From Eledone cirrhosa (Eukaryota), in assembly GCA_964016885.1 (NCBI GenBank), contig OZ024743.1, positions 313,968,001-314,032,000 on the forward strand: a DNA stretch of 64,000 bases. The letters are read 5' to 3'. The position numbers were made by a program, and so were the translations under genes. The notes under the pieces are model-generated. The model ran no database searches, was not told the origin of the DNA, and was given only the letters and a program-made list of their open reading frames with translations. Positions 39,475-52,122 of this stretch are shown piece after piece. How positions within the stretch are numbered: the stretch's first letter is position 1; each line of letters begins with the position of its first letter.

Positions 39475-41895
39475 GAAGGTGAGTAATTTATTACTACCTT
39501 ATTACCAGTAAGAGAAATAGCTCAATGTAAGAATATCAGTTGTTTTACAGAGCAGTAATATAGATTACAAAAGTATTAAAGTTATGTTTAAAACATTTAA
39601 TCGCTGGCAATTGTTTCTTCCAAACTTAACCTTGGGGTCCTCGGAGCATTATTAATCTTTGTACATATAATTAACCTCCTATTCAACTGCAGAATCATAC
39701 AGATACATATATATTGATGTTGTGGACAACAGTTTCATGTTTACAGGGTGGAATAGATGCGACATATATTATACCAGAATTGTACAATAATTCAAATTAA
39801 GATTCAAATCAAAATTAAAAATTAAAAATTAAAATTAAAATTAAAAGCAAAGGGTGGAATACATGCGACAGATAATACAAGAGAATAGCCTAATAATGAA
39901 ATCAAAAAGATAGTACATGCGTTAGTCATATATAAAGAAATGGAACAAGCAAATATATCATGCATATATGAGTACTGTGTGGCAAGGTATTACATGAAAT
40001 ACAAGCATTATAAGCGAATATGTTAGTGTATTATGGTGGGTGCAATGCGATGATATTTTCTGTATAGTTCAAATTTGTACGTGTGTAGAATATGAAAGGT
40101 ACAGATTTCACACCCATTACATATGTTAAGTTATATCTGTATTGAATGTTTGTTATAGTAATGGATTGTAACTTGGTGTTATTTTATCCATATTTATGGA
40201 TTAGACTTATTCTACTGCGAGAATGTTCAACGGTTTAATATCCGGAAGTGGATATAGAATTAAGGGGAACTAATGCGTAAGGGGAGGTAACTAGCTCATT
40301 ATAATAATTAAATTCCTTGCTCTAATAGACATTATATAGTGCCTCAATTGAATCCCTTATATAAAAAAGTAATGTATTTATATTTAATTTTAAATACAGT
40401 CTACTCTCTCATAATATATTAAAGGTTTCATTAGATTGTTGTCAACCCAATATTATATAGTGCCACAATTGAATCCCTTATACAAAATGTTATATATTTA
40501 TATTTAATTTCAAATACAGTCTACTCTCTCATAATATATTAAAGGTTTCATTAGAATGTTGTCTACCCAATATTTAGTAATATATGGAATAATCTATAGC
40601 TGTTTGCATGATAAATTAGATACATCCCTTGAGTAAATAAATTAATCCTTTATATAGAATGTTTTTAATTTATACATTTAATTATAAATGTATATATAAT
40701 TCATTGTTACATTTAACATTTAAAGTTTATATATATTATATTATATTTCAATCACTATATAGTTATAAGTAATCTAAAGTAATTATATTAAAAGGTGGTG
40801 ACTAAAAGAATATTTCTAGAGTATAATGTTAGAGATAAAAATGGTTTGTATAGAGGAAAGGGTGGATAAAAGAGTGTGATGCAGCGGTGGAAGGCAAGTC
40901 TTAGAGGTGATGTGCTAATGGTGGTGATGAGTTCAGATCTAACATTGTTATATACTAGGTTTAAAGCTATGGAATGGGTGTCGGAAGTGGTGCTGGCACG
41001 ATGCAAACACTTCCGATTTTTATTTAGGAGGTTAAGATCGAAAGGATTATAGTATGGGTCTCTAGGAGCAAGAGGTTACAAAATTTATTAGGTGGTTTAT
41101 ACGATGCAGCCCTACCTACTACTTCCCATTGAAGTTTATATGTTCTATTCCTAGTTTTCAGATAGTGTATGTAGATAGATAGTGAAGTGGAGTTGGCTAG
41201 ATTGTGTTTTTTTGAAAGAGTGGAGGTGCGAGTTGTATCTCGTCTTGAAGCAGTTCGAAGTAGAACCTATATATGTTTTAGAAGCGTCGTTAGTGTTGAC
41301 CGTGCAGGAGTAAATGCTGCCTTTGATTAAGCAGTTGTTACCTAAAGGGCAAGTTCTATTTGATCTACAGTTGCATTTATTTTGTATATTATCTTGCCGG
41401 TTATTATGTTATGTAGAAGTCTGGTTGCTAGGGTTAGTATCAGGGCTATGATGGTTGTCGTTCCTAATGTTATCGATTTCATTAGTGTTATTACTATTAT
41501 TACTATTGCTATTAGGGATTGTAGTTATTATGTTGTTCTGAAAGTTTACCTCCTGCTGTGTTTTAATTTTCTGAAAATAATCTTTGTTTTATTACTACTA
41601 GCTATATGGTATGTTATGTTAGATGTGGTAGAGTAAGAGATTTTAATGGTGTTTTTATTTATTAGATTATGGTATTTGTGGCCAGATGGGAAGTTGTTTT
41701 CTATGATTGAGAAGAAAACCTTAGGTAAGTTGGTAGAGACGTTTAGATTGAAAGGGGGATTGAAAAATGTATTAGTTTTTCTATTTTTGTTTTTTATAAT
41801 ATCTATTGAGGTATTTCTATTTATAATATTATTTTGGTGTCTATTTGGTGTTAGTTAAGTTTAATACTACCCTTCGTATTAGAGCAAGGGTGACT
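39475..41895 (-). mobile_element. Second Naiad-type PLE family (linker, GIY-YIG, long 3' region)
   Basis: Manual translation of ~40950-41800(-): FFNPPFNLNVSTN..INKNTIKISYSTT..KCNCRSNRTCPLGNNC..IYSC..TYIGSTSNCFKTRYNSH..FCNL..LNK. Degenerate HHR at ~39603-39648(-). Confidence 0.85.
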
Positions 41896-41896
41896 A

Positions 41897-41973
41897 TTCT
41901 TCTTCTTCTTCTTCTTCTTCTTCTTCTTCTTCTTCTTCTTCTTCTTCTTCTTCTTCTTCTTCTTCTTCTTCTT

Positions 41974-42033
<60 letters not shown>
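41897..42033. repeat. (TTC)n(TTA)n compound microsatellite (LINE target)
   Basis: Seen directly; abuts the Tx1 5' end. Confidence 0.95.
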
Positions 42034-42246
42034 GAATGCCATGGTTGACGGAGGCTCGGCTCTGTAAGGTATAGTAATTTTTAACCGTTAAAACAATTGT
42101 AAATTGTTTAAAACTTGAACCAAATTGTTGATAAAGACACCCTCCTCCTCGTGAGAGGGGTCTTTCTGTCCGTTATTTGGCCCTTCGGGGTTAAATAACC
42201 AGTTATTGGGGTTTTGTACCCAAAATTTCATTTTAAACAAAAAAAC

Positions 42247-44343
42247 ATGGCTACGAAAAAGAAATTTCATACGTCACTCCCACTCATTCCGTCTTCTTCT
42301 TCCTCAATCATCACTACAGCAGAGAGAAGATTGTCTCTCTCCCTCCCTTCTTTAAATGTGTCTCTCTCCCTCCCTTCTCTTTCGCAAGCGACGAAAGAAA
42401 AGAAAAGTCTCGTGCAAAGCGTGCAAGGTTTCTCCACGACGACGACGACAGCGACGAAACAGGTGTGCGGGAAATACGAAAACCCAGTTCATTCGTCTGA
42501 CGTCAGGAATAATAGCAGTAGCAGCCGTAATAACAACAGCAACAGTGACAATGAAAACAACAGTAGCAGCCGCAACAGCATCACCAGCAGCATAAACAAC
42601 AACAGCATTAGCAGCAGCAACACCAACAACAACCACAGCAACAGCGGCGGAGGCAGTAGTCGTAGTACCTGCAGCAACAACAAAAGTACCAGCAGCTCTG
42701 ACGACAACAACAACAGCAGAGAAAAACCAATCTCATTTGCAGGTATTGCGAAAAACCTGGAAACAATCCTCATAACAAATGAGGAATTAGAGGAAGCGAA
42801 GAAGATGGTGACAAAGAACGGACACCGAGCAATCTGCAAGGCAGCGAAAAATTTTTTCGAAACCCAAGAGCACTGTACGGTCACGTACCGTACAGTAAGT
42901 ACAAAATCCCGTAGGGTGGAAAGAGCCACAGAGGCCCAAATACAAAAAGCCTTGGGGTCTGTGTGGCAGAGGAAAACGCACATCACCCGAGGCAAAAAAT
43001 ACGCCACCGTAGACGTACTTTTTGCCACACCCCAGGAGGCAAAGGCCCAATCAGTAGTGACCCTAAGGAGCGAGGAAATGGTGTTGGTGCCCTCCTACTG
43101 TGGGCAAAAAATTGTGAGGGTCAAACTGACCCACGTCCCCCCCGGAATGACCCCTTCTTGGCTGGCCGCGTCTGTCCTCGTCGGAATCGAGGACAAAACA
43201 ACTGTACTGCAAGTACAGAAAAAAGTAAGAGAAGATTGGGTCGGCTCCTCCATTGAGATGCTAATCCAAACCAACCAGGAGTGCATCGAAGCTATCCCGG
43301 ATGTGATAGACTTCGATAACGGCACTCAACTGCCCATAAGTGTTGAGGGCAAACGCCCGAAATGCTTTCGCTGTGGATCGAAGACTCACCTCAGGGCCTT
43401 CTGCAACGAGAAGACCATGAGAAAGGAGAAAACCCCCCTCCTCCCGAATCCGGTTCCACGGCTACCAGCAACAGGACAAGCGGCAACCAGGAACGATAGG
43501 TCCGTGGCACCCATACCCACTCCACGGAAATCAAAGACAGCAGCAGCAGTGGAAATATTAACAACAACAACAGCAATACCAAATGCAGCTGCAACAGAGA
43601 CTCCAGTGCAAACATCACCAACAACAACAAGTGAAAGAGTGGAGCTGGTACCCCTCCCCGACCTTACAGAATCAGACATGGAGTGTGAGGTGGGAGAGGG
43701 ATGGCAAAAGGTCGTAAGAAGGCACAAACGCAGAAGCAGCGCATCGTCGCCTTTGAAAAGGGAGGAAAGAAATGAGAAACGGGTAAAGTCTACTGCAAAG
43801 AGACCCACAGCAGCAACACCACCAACACCATCACCACCCACACCAGCACCACCATCACCACCGGCGACAACCCCACCGCCAACAACACCTTCAACACCAC
43901 CACCACAAGCACCAACATCGCAAACACAACAACAAAACACACACACCCAGCAACAACGACAAGAAAATAGCAGAACCACACCCCACCCCCAGAAAAACAA
44001 ATGCACGGCAATAAACACACACAACAAGAAACTAATGACTTACATAATTGAACACACAGACATTTCACAACAGGACTACATAATACCAGCACCAATCAAA
44101 ACGCCAACTAACATAAGACTGCTAAAAATAGCACAGAAACAATACACAAACATTAAAACGAAATTCCCCAACGCAGTTGGTGATTTCAGGGACCTAGGAG
44201 GAACCATTAATCGAAGAGTATATTCAGACATTCTCTTAGAAGAGCCGACGACCAGCCGAAGGGACGATTCAACGGTCCCTTCACCAGACGATCAAGTGAA
44301 AAGGGATGTAAAAACCATCCCTCCTCTACCAAAAGTACGGTAA
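42247..44343 (+). CDS. LINE ORF1 protein (Asn/Ser-rich, CCHC knuckle, Pro/Thr-rich tail)
   Basis: Open frame 42214-44343, first ATG at 42247. Knuckle CFRCGSKTHLRAFC. Confidence 0.88.
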   Translation: MATKKKFHTSLPLIPSSSSSIITTAERRLSLSLPSLNVSLSLPSLSQATKEKKSLVQSVQGFSTTTTTATKQVCGKYENPVHSSDVRNNSSSSRNNNSNSDNENNSSSRNSITSSINNNSISSSNTNNNHSNSGGGSSRSTCSNNKSTSSSDDNNNSREKPISFAGIAKNLETILITNEELEEAKKMVTKNGHRAICKAAKNFFETQEHCTVTYRTVSTKSRRVERATEAQIQKALGSVWQRKTHITRGKKYATVDVLFATPQEAKAQSVVTLRSEEMVLVPSYCGQKIVRVKLTHVPPGMTPSWLAASVLVGIEDKTTVLQVQKKVREDWVGSSIEMLIQTNQECIEAIPDVIDFDNGTQLPISVEGKRPKCFRCGSKTHLRAFCNEKTMRKEKTPLLPNPVPRLPATGQAATRNDRSVAPIPTPRKSKTAAAVEILTTTTAIPNAAATETPVQTSPTTTSERVELVPLPDLTESDMECEVGEGWQKVVRRHKRRSSASSPLKREERNEKRVKSTAKRPTAATPPTPSPPTPAPPSPPATTPPPTTPSTPPPQAPTSQTQQQNTHTQQQRQENSRTTPHPQKNKCTAINTHNKKLMTYIIEHTDISQQDYIIPAPIKTPTNIRLLKIAQKQYTNIKTKFPNAVGDFRDLGGTINRRVYSDILLEEPTTSRRDDSTVPSPDDQVKRDVKTIPPLPKVR

Positions 44344-44378
44344 GTGGTCTTTCCCATCTTTTCCACTCTATTTTAAAC

Positions 44379-47300
44379 ATGACCTCACTCAGAATAGGCA
44401 GCATAAATGCGCGTGGCTTGGGGTCGTCATGGAAGCAGGGTCACCTGCTCAACGACCTCAGGTCACTAAACATAGATGTAGTGGCCATCAGCGAGACCAG
44501 AATCTCCGAAGCACGGGCCTTCGCACCGATCTTCGGCGGCTACGATGTGTACGCATCTCCCAGCCGTCCTGGATCCGGTGGAGGAGTTGCTGTGCTTTTT
44601 CGGAGAGGTTTGGATCTCGCCATACGGGCCATCTTCCTGGACCCAGAGGGTAAGCTGGTGGTGCTGGACGTGACCAGCGGAGACGGGCAAGCTTTCAGGC
44701 TAGTGGCCGTCTATGCCCCGACAGGAGCAGGGCGGCCTGATTTCTTCCGGCGTCTGGAGACCTTTCTTGGAACGTCCCGCTCTTTAGTGTTAGTGGGCGA
44801 CTGGAACGGGATCTTAGATGCACGCTGGGACTGTGTGGGATTAGCGGATAGGGGTGGAGGGTGCAAGAGCCTCACCAACCTGCTCAGGCGTTTTGAACTG
44901 TCTGACAGGTACCGATTGGATTTCCCGAATGTGCCAATGTGGACTTGGACAAACCGCATAGGGTCATCCAGATCATATCTAGATAGAGTATTTTGTAGGG
45001 AAATAGATAGGTCTAGCATAGGCTGTCCACAATTCAAGATAGTCAGCTACACGGACCACAAATTCGTGACCTGTGTGCTTGACTTAGATAGGCTTCATAG
45101 ACGAGGACCCGGCTACTGGAAGCTAAACGCGTCCTTACCAGCGCGCAAGGCCTACAGAGACCGGATTAGCGAACTAGTTAAGCGGGCGTTGACGGGGGCC
45201 ATCGTCAACAACAAGTGGTGGTTTGCTCTGAAAAGAGCGATTAGAATAGAATCGATTAGGTTTAGTAAGGCTTTAGCAATAGAGAAAAATAGAGCAGAGG
45301 GAGAACTAGTTAGAAAATTAGACGAGGCGCTTAGCAAAGGCATTGCGACCGACGTGCTTGCGGCGAAATTGGCCCTTGACCAATTCTTCAATGCAAAGCA
45401 CGAAGGCTGCGTTGTCAGAGCTAGGGTGCGTGCTCTCAGACACGAGGGGACGAAAGCCGTTCAATGGGCCCGAGTGGCGGAGGCGCGTCGTGGCAACAAA
45501 GCCACGATCCGGTCTTTGGTGGACCACGACGGGCGCATGCTACTCGATCCCGGGCAAATGTGTGAAGCTTTTCAGCGACACTTCGCTCAGCTGTTCGGGG
45601 GCAGCGGGGGGCCGGGTAGAGGGATGGACTTTAGTGTCTACCTCGACGGACTGCCGCGGCTCTCGGCCACTGAGGCGAAGTGTTGCGAAAAGCCGATAAC
45701 AGCCGCTGAAGTACGGGAGGCAATGACTGGCTGCACAAGGGGTAAATCGCCTGGTTTGGATGGTCTGCCCTATGAACTTTACGTACAGATGCCAGACTTG
45801 TTCGGAGGCCTCTTGGCGGACGTCTACTGCAACTGGCAACAGAACGGGAGAATTCCCAGTTCTGTGAGCCGAGGAGCGGTGGCACTGCTGAGAAAGGATC
45901 CGAACAAGGGGGATAACATAGACAATTTCCGGCCCATAACTCTGCTAAACACAGAGTTTAAGATTTTGGCCAAGGTGCTAGCAAAGAGGTTGGCGCTTGT
46001 CGTTGGTGGTCTGGTGGGAGAGGCGCAGACATGCGCCATTCCCGACAGATCCATCCACGACAACCTCCACCTCATGCGATACATCGTAGAGAGGGTAGCT
46101 AGGGAACCTGGCACGGGTGGGTCCTTGATCAATTTAGATCAGTCGAAAGCTTTCGATAGGGTCGACCATCGTTACCTAGCGGCAGTCCTGAGGGCGGCTG
46201 GCTTTGGGCCCGTCTTCAGAGGCTGGATCGCTGCCATGCACAGCGACATCTGCTCTGTGGTGAGAGTGAACGGTCACCTGTCAGAACCGTTCAACATCAT
46301 GCGCTCGGTCCGCCAAGGATGTCCCCTCTCGTCCCTCTTGTACGTATTGACTCTCGAGCCATTACTGCACAAACTGGAGACGTTGAGGGGAGTCCCGCGC
46401 GAACTAGGATGCGGAAGATCCGTGTCAGCATATGCGGACGATGTCACCGTAGTGGTGTCGAACGCCAAACACATCGAGGCGATCGGCACTACACTAAGAG
46501 AATACGAAGCGGTGACAGGAGCAATGATCAACCAGGAAAAGTCAGTGGGCCTGCAGCTCGGCACCTGGAGAGGCAGGTCCATGCCGTCCAACAGCGTCGT
46601 CGGGCGCTGGACGGACGGACCGGTTAAATTGCTAGGGGTCTGGTTCGGTCCGGACCTCCAGACGGACAAAAACTGGGACGAGGTGACGAGCAGGGTGGCT
46701 TCTCTCACCCAGAAATGGGCGGAGAGGAAGCTATCCCTGAAAGGTCGAGCGGAGGTGGCTAACGCGTACATCGCGTCTGTCATCTGCTACCGCCTAACCG
46801 TCGTACCTTGTCCTAAGCCTCGCCTGACTGCGCTGGAGCGTTTGCTCTTTCGCTTTTTGTGGAAGGGACGTGCTCCGATGGTCAGGCGGTCCATCTGTTG
46901 TCAACACCCGCTACGTGGAGGGCTGGGCATGCCGTGGCTGATGATGCGCAGGCACGCGCTCAGGCTACGACATCTCCACCTCTTCCTCGACGGTGATCAG
47001 GTGTGGTCGCCGTTTGCTAGACGCGTTTTTCCCCAGCTCGTTTCCTTGACGGAGCTGCAGTCCTGGGTCAAGCGAAGACCGAGAGGGAGCGCCTGGAGAC
47101 TGGAATGTCTTCAGGCGCTCACAGCCCTCGACCAATCGGGCAATGTGATCGGTGGAAACTCCACCTCGGCGTTCTATAGAGGATTAGTGGAGGGGAAGAG
47201 CGACGACGTACTTGGGGAAACTCTAGGCGTCGACGAAAATCAACTAGCCAATCTCTTCGGAAGAACTTTCGGGCCGGGGCCTATGGACAACTTCCAGAAA

Positions 47301-47798
47301 TCTCTGGCCTGGCAGTGCTACCGAGGAGCCTTGCCAGTTCGGGATAAACTCTACAGGCATGGAGGTGCCGTCAGCCGGGCATGTCCGAGATGCGCGCAGG
47401 GCGACGAAACCGTCCTGCACGCACTCGTCCAGTGTCCGAAAATTGCTGACTTGTGGGTTTATGTCGAACACCTGCTGTCGCGTTTAGGACGGATCCAGCT
47501 ATCATCTGAGTCTATCGTGAGGATTGCCCCGCCCTCCTCCTTTAGCCGGGAAGGGCAGGCAGTTTTTATCTGTCTGGTGGCCATGGCGAAAGAGATAGTA
47601 TGGTGGACACGTTTGAAAGGGCTGAAGACGAGCACTTACCTCTTCGGTGATGCTCTGATTGACTTTTTCAAATTTCATTTGAAAAGGAAAATCAGAGTAG
47701 AGAAGGAAGTGCTCTCTTCCCAGCATTTTGTTGAAAGATGGGTGAGAGAAGCAAGAATGGCCCGAGTGAATGGGCCGACTCTGAGTATATATCTGTAA
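44379..47798 (+). CDS. LINE ORF2 protein: APE endonuclease, reverse transcriptase, Zn finger
   Basis: 1139 aa. Motifs SINARGL, SET, GDWN, SYLDR, TDH; KSPGLDGL, FRPITLLN, DQSKAFDRV, VRQGCPLS, YADD; CPRC..ETVLHALVQC. Confidence 0.96.
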   Translation: MTSLRIGSINARGLGSSWKQGHLLNDLRSLNIDVVAISETRISEARAFAPIFGGYDVYASPSRPGSGGGVAVLFRRGLDLAIRAIFLDPEGKLVVLDVTSGDGQAFRLVAVYAPTGAGRPDFFRRLETFLGTSRSLVLVGDWNGILDARWDCVGLADRGGGCKSLTNLLRRFELSDRYRLDFPNVPMWTWTNRIGSSRSYLDRVFCREIDRSSIGCPQFKIVSYTDHKFVTCVLDLDRLHRRGPGYWKLNASLPARKAYRDRISELVKRALTGAIVNNKWWFALKRAIRIESIRFSKALAIEKNRAEGELVRKLDEALSKGIATDVLAAKLALDQFFNAKHEGCVVRARVRALRHEGTKAVQWARVAEARRGNKATIRSLVDHDGRMLLDPGQMCEAFQRHFAQLFGGSGGPGRGMDFSVYLDGLPRLSATEAKCCEKPITAAEVREAMTGCTRGKSPGLDGLPYELYVQMPDLFGGLLADVYCNWQQNGRIPSSVSRGAVALLRKDPNKGDNIDNFRPITLLNTEFKILAKVLAKRLALVVGGLVGEAQTCAIPDRSIHDNLHLMRYIVERVAREPGTGGSLINLDQSKAFDRVDHRYLAAVLRAAGFGPVFRGWIAAMHSDICSVVRVNGHLSEPFNIMRSVRQGCPLSSLLYVLTLEPLLHKLETLRGVPRELGCGRSVSAYADDVTVVVSNAKHIEAIGTTLREYEAVTGAMINQEKSVGLQLGTWRGRSMPSNSVVGRWTDGPVKLLGVWFGPDLQTDKNWDEVTSRVASLTQKWAERKLSLKGRAEVANAYIASVICYRLTVVPCPKPRLTALERLLFRFLWKGRAPMVRRSICCQHPLRGGLGMPWLMMRRHALRLRHLHLFLDGDQVWSPFARRVFPQLVSLTELQSWVKRRPRGSAWRLECLQALTALDQSGNVIGGNSTSAFYRGLVEGKSDDVLGETLGVDENQLANLFGRTFGPGPMDNFQKSLAWQCYRGALPVRDKLYRHGGAVSRACPRCAQGDETVLHALVQCPKIADLWVYVEHLLSRLGRIQLSSESIVRIAPPSSFSREGQAVFICLVAMAKEIVWWTRLKGLKTSTYLFGDALIDFFKFHLKRKIRVEKEVLSSQHFVERWVREARMARVNGPTLSIYL

Positions 47799-48058
47799 AC
47801 TAAAGGTGGAAAACTGGGAGAGGGCACTTGCCTTGGTGGTCAGGGTCATTGTGGCTTTTTACTGGGCTTTCTCCACAAATGTCCCTCCGAAGTCTCCCCC
47901 CTATTGGGGAATTTTTCATTGTTATTTTCATTGTTATTTTTGTTACATCCTCTGTTTTTGTTTTTTTACACGCAGAAATGCCCATTTGTACCGTCCTGCA
48001 TTGTCCTGCACTGTCCTTAATGTCTACTTTATGTAAACCCTTGTGGTTAATAAAGAAA

Positions 48059-48127
<69 letters not shown>

Positions 48128-48129
<2 letters not shown>

Positions 48130-48610
48130 TTTATCTGTCTGGTGGCCATGGCGAAAGAGATAGTATGGTGGACACGTTTGAAAGGGCTGAAGACGAGCAC
48201 TTACCTCTTCGGTGATGCTCTGATTGACTTTTTCAAATTTCATTTGAAAAGGAAAATCAGAGTAGAGAGGGAAGTGCTCTCTTCCCAGCATTTTGTTGAA
48301 AGATGGGTGAGAGAAGCAAGAATGGCCCGAGTGAATGGCCTACTCTGAGTATATATCTGTAAATTAAAGGTGGAAAACTGGGAGAGGGCACTTGCCTTGG
48401 TGGTCAGGGTCATTGTGGCTTTTTACTGGGCTTTCTCCACAAATGTCCCTCCGAAGTCTCCCCCCTATTGGGGAATTTTTCATTGTTATTTTTTGTTACA
48501 TCCTCTGTTTTTGTTTTTTACACGCAGAAATGCCCATTTGTACCGTCCTGCATTGTCCTGCACTGTCCTTAATGTCTACTTTATGTAAACCCTTGTGGTT
48601 AATAAAGAAA

Positions 48611-48612
<2 letters not shown>
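48128..48612 (+). mobile_element. 5'-truncated Tx1 copy (3' ~480 bp)
   Basis: Duplicates ~47563-48060, between (ATT)n tracts. Confidence 0.92.
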
Positions 48613-48642
<30 letters not shown>

Positions 48643-48728
48643 GTTATTGTTATTCCTTGAATCTCAGTCATTGATGTTGGTTAACTGGAAAGTCCGTTGG
48701 ATTGAATATCAAGCCACTACCTGCAGCC

Positions 48729-51700
48729 TCAGATATTCAGGACGTATCGGAGGGTTCTTGCCGTTCCAAGCAAGCATGCCTTTTGAAGCGTTCCAAAAAG
48801 CGTGAAGGGGCCGATTTTCTTTAACCATCCCTGGAAACCTTTGGAGATAGTCCCCAGTGCGCCTATGACAATCGGGATCACTTTGACTTCATGGCAGTTC
48901 CAAATCCTTTTCACCTCCCACTTTAGGTCCTGGTATCGGTTAATTTTCTCCCTCTCCTTCTCTTGCACTCTCGTGTCGAACGGGCAGGCCACATCCACAA
49001 TCAGGCACGATCTTTTTTCTTTGTCCACAACCACCAGGTCAGGTCTATTGTGTTCCAGTTTTTTGTCCGTCTGTATCCTAAAATCCCACAGCACCTTCAC
49101 CTGACTGTTCTCTATCACCGCCTCTGGCCTATGCTCATACCATTTCTCAGAATGTGGTAGATTGTTTACTTTGCACAGGTGCCAGTGGATCACCCTGCCC
49201 ATCACATCGTGTCTCCAGCCCTTATAGTGGGTCTGGGCTAGGTGTTTACACTCGGACACAATGTGAGCCACAGTCTCCTCTCTCTCTCCACAGATCCTGC
49301 ACAGTGGGCTAGCCTCCTCCTTGTAGATATGGTGCTTCAACCACTTCGTTTTGAGGGCCTGCTCCTGCGCAGCCATTAGCATTCCTTCTGTAGCCTTTTT
49401 GCGGTCTCCTCTTCTCAACCAGTTCCATGTCTGTGGATCTCTAAATTCAGTTTTCTCAAAGAAGGTACTATGAAGGGATTTTCCCTTAAGGCTGCTCTTC
49501 CTCCTTGATGTTATTTCCTCCTTGGGTATCCCCTGGCCTACTGTCCCCTCCTTCAGTACAGCTCTGAGCATTGGCTCCTTACTATAGGTCACGTATTTGT
49601 ATAGGTTGTTTTTCTCCATCTGAACACAGTCCTCTATGCTGATAAGACCTCTTCCACATTTAGAGATCTCCTTAGGTAGAGTCTATCGACATCACTCCTC
49701 TTGTGGAACATGTTGTAGATAGTCAATAGCTTCCTAGTCTTCCTATCCATTTCTTTTTGTTCAGCAACATTCCATCTCAGAATTCCCGCACTGTACCTAA
49801 TAATAGACACAGCTCGGGAATTTACTGCGCTTATGGCATTTCTGCTGTTCAGATGTGACTTCAATACGCTCCTTACTCTCCGAATGTATTCAGTTCTTAA
49901 CAATTCCTTCATTTTTTTGTTCTTTATGCCATCAGCCTCCAGAACGCCCAAATACTTGTATCCTTCCTCAGAGTCAATTTCCTTTATCATCTCACCTGTT
50001 GGTATCTGGATCCCGTTACTTCTGCTCAACCTACCCCTCCTCATCACAATGACTCCACATTTACCAATACCAAACTGCATACATATATCACTGCTGAAAT
50101 ACGGACAGTGTCAACAAGCACATCCAACTCCTTCTCACTTTTCCCGAAGAGCTTAAGATCGTCCATGAAGAGGAGGTGATTGATGGTAAGCTCTCCCCTT
50201 CCCAACTTGTATCCTGCTCTCACTTTTCGCAGCATAATGGTCAAGGGCATCAGGGCAAGGACAAACAACAGAGGGGACAGGCTATCTCCCTGGAAGATAC
50301 CTCTCTTGATCTTCACGCTTCCCAAGGATACTCCAGTTGATGTCAACTCTGTCTCCCAGGACCCCATACTCCTGCCCAGCAACTGTCTGATGTTATCTGC
50401 CACCCTGAAGATCTCCAGGCTTTTGGTGATCCAGGAATGAGGCACCATGTCAAATGCCTTTCTGTAGTCTATCCATCCCATGGCAAGATCAATGTGTCTC
50501 CTCCTGCAATTCCCCATTACCATCTTATCAATAAGCAACTGATCCTTTGTACCACGTGACTTCTTTCGGCATCCTTTCTGTTCGTCCGGCAACAAGTTGT
50601 TTGTGTGGAGGTGATGGTAGATTTCCTCAGACACAATGCTCGTCAACAGTTTCCACATTACGGGCAGACATGTGATAGGTCTATAGTTGGTAACATCATT
50701 ACCCTTGATTCGGTCTTTCATTATCAGAACTGTGGTACCTTTTGTCAACCACTCTGGCACCTCACCCGACACCAAGCAGTCATTGAACATGGCCGTCAGC
50801 TTCGGGTGGAGGGATGTTAAATGTTTAATCCAATACCCCTGCACACCATCTGGGCCTGGTGATTTCCAGTTGGTTAGTTTTTTGGCTTGCCCCTTAAGAG
50901 TTTCAACTGTGATACTCAAATCAGTCTGTTGCTGTGCCTGCTCACCGATCTCCCTCTGTACTGTCTCAATCCACCCTGCCTGGGCATTGTGTCTAACATC
51001 CTGCTCCCATATTCCTCTCCAGAATGTTTTAGCTTGTTCCGCCCCAGGGATCAAGTCGTTGCCTCTTTCTTTCCCCTCAAGCTGTCCAAACAGCATCTTC
51101 TGGTTGTTGTCGAACATGCGGTTCTGTTTATACTGACTGACTCTGTTCTCGTATCGCCTGATTTTGGCACTCTTTGCTACAATGCGTTGCTTCAATTCCT
51201 CTATGATAATATTTAGCTTTTTACTCCTAGTTTTGTATTTTATTTCCAGTCTATTTTTAGTGCCTATGTTTTTTAGTGTCCCATTCAGTAGTGACTCAAG
51301 CTTTCCTATGTCATTTCTCATTTCCTCGATTTGCCCACTCAGTCGCTTCTTCCACCACGGCTCTGCTCTTTCTTGTCTGTTGTTTCCTCTCGCTTTTATA
51401 CCAAGTAGTTTCCTCACCGTATTTGCTGTTGCTTTGAGGATATTGTTGCACTGGTGAAGACTCCTCGCCTCAAGGTATGGGATGACTTTGTTTACCTTAG
51501 CTGTTGTTTCTTTTAACTTTTTCCTGTCTACAAATCTTAGGTTCATAGGTCTCCCACTATCATTGTTCAACTCATCTACCACTAAATTTAGGATGTCAAC
51601 CGAATCTTGTCCTAGCCCGTCAGCATTCATCTCCTCAGTGGCCGTATCTCTGTTCCAGGTATTATTTATCTCAGTATTCAGATCATTGTCTGCTTCGGGT

Positions 51701-52122
51701 GGTTCCTCCGTTCTCAGGACCTCCTCACCTTCATTTCCCGCCGGCTCGCTTGTCTGGCATACTACACCCGCCATCTCCAAGCCATTCTCTCTGCTCAGTT
51801 CCTCCAGTTCCAGCTCGCTTATCCACCCATTAGTTCTTATTACCCGAGCCTGCCCGGCCAATTTTTGTTCATCTAATTTAAATAAACCAATCTCGTTCCA
51901 GATGTTATGCATCCGTCTCCTGTAGCCCCTCTCCTTGGGGTTACTTTTCAGGTAGCATTGCATAACAGTTCTATTCAATTCTTTCGTCCAGTTGGTTCTG
52001 GCCCCTTTCCTTCTTCTTCTTACTCCAACATCAGCAGTATTTCGTTGACAGTCAGGTTCCTGCTGCTGAGCCAGGGGGCACCTGTTGGGTGAGAGTCTGT
52101 CACATGACGTTCTAGTCTCCAT
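48729..52122 (-). pseudogene. RT-RLE polyprotein with two frameshifts
   Basis: WKSPGPDG, YRPITCL, WIDYRKAFD, GIFQGDSLSP, LLFMDDLK; CRIC..ETVAHIVSEC, RHD, RPDLVVVD..IVDVACP..EKINRYQDL. Frameshifts at ~50080 and ~49660. Confidence 0.93.

Larger units (their letters stand above)
42034..48060 (+). mobile_element. Full-length, apparently intact Tx1/L1-clade non-LTR retrotransposon
   Basis: 5' UTR, ORF1, ORF2, and 3' UTR with AATAAA then an (ATT)n tail. Second copy at 55989 has the same 5' end. Confidence 0.93.

Noticed and set aside
42130-42215. HDV-like ribozyme in the Tx1 5' UTR (TCCTCGT loop)
   Set aside because: A P1/P2/P3 nested pseudoknot could not be built; two simple hairpins explain it.
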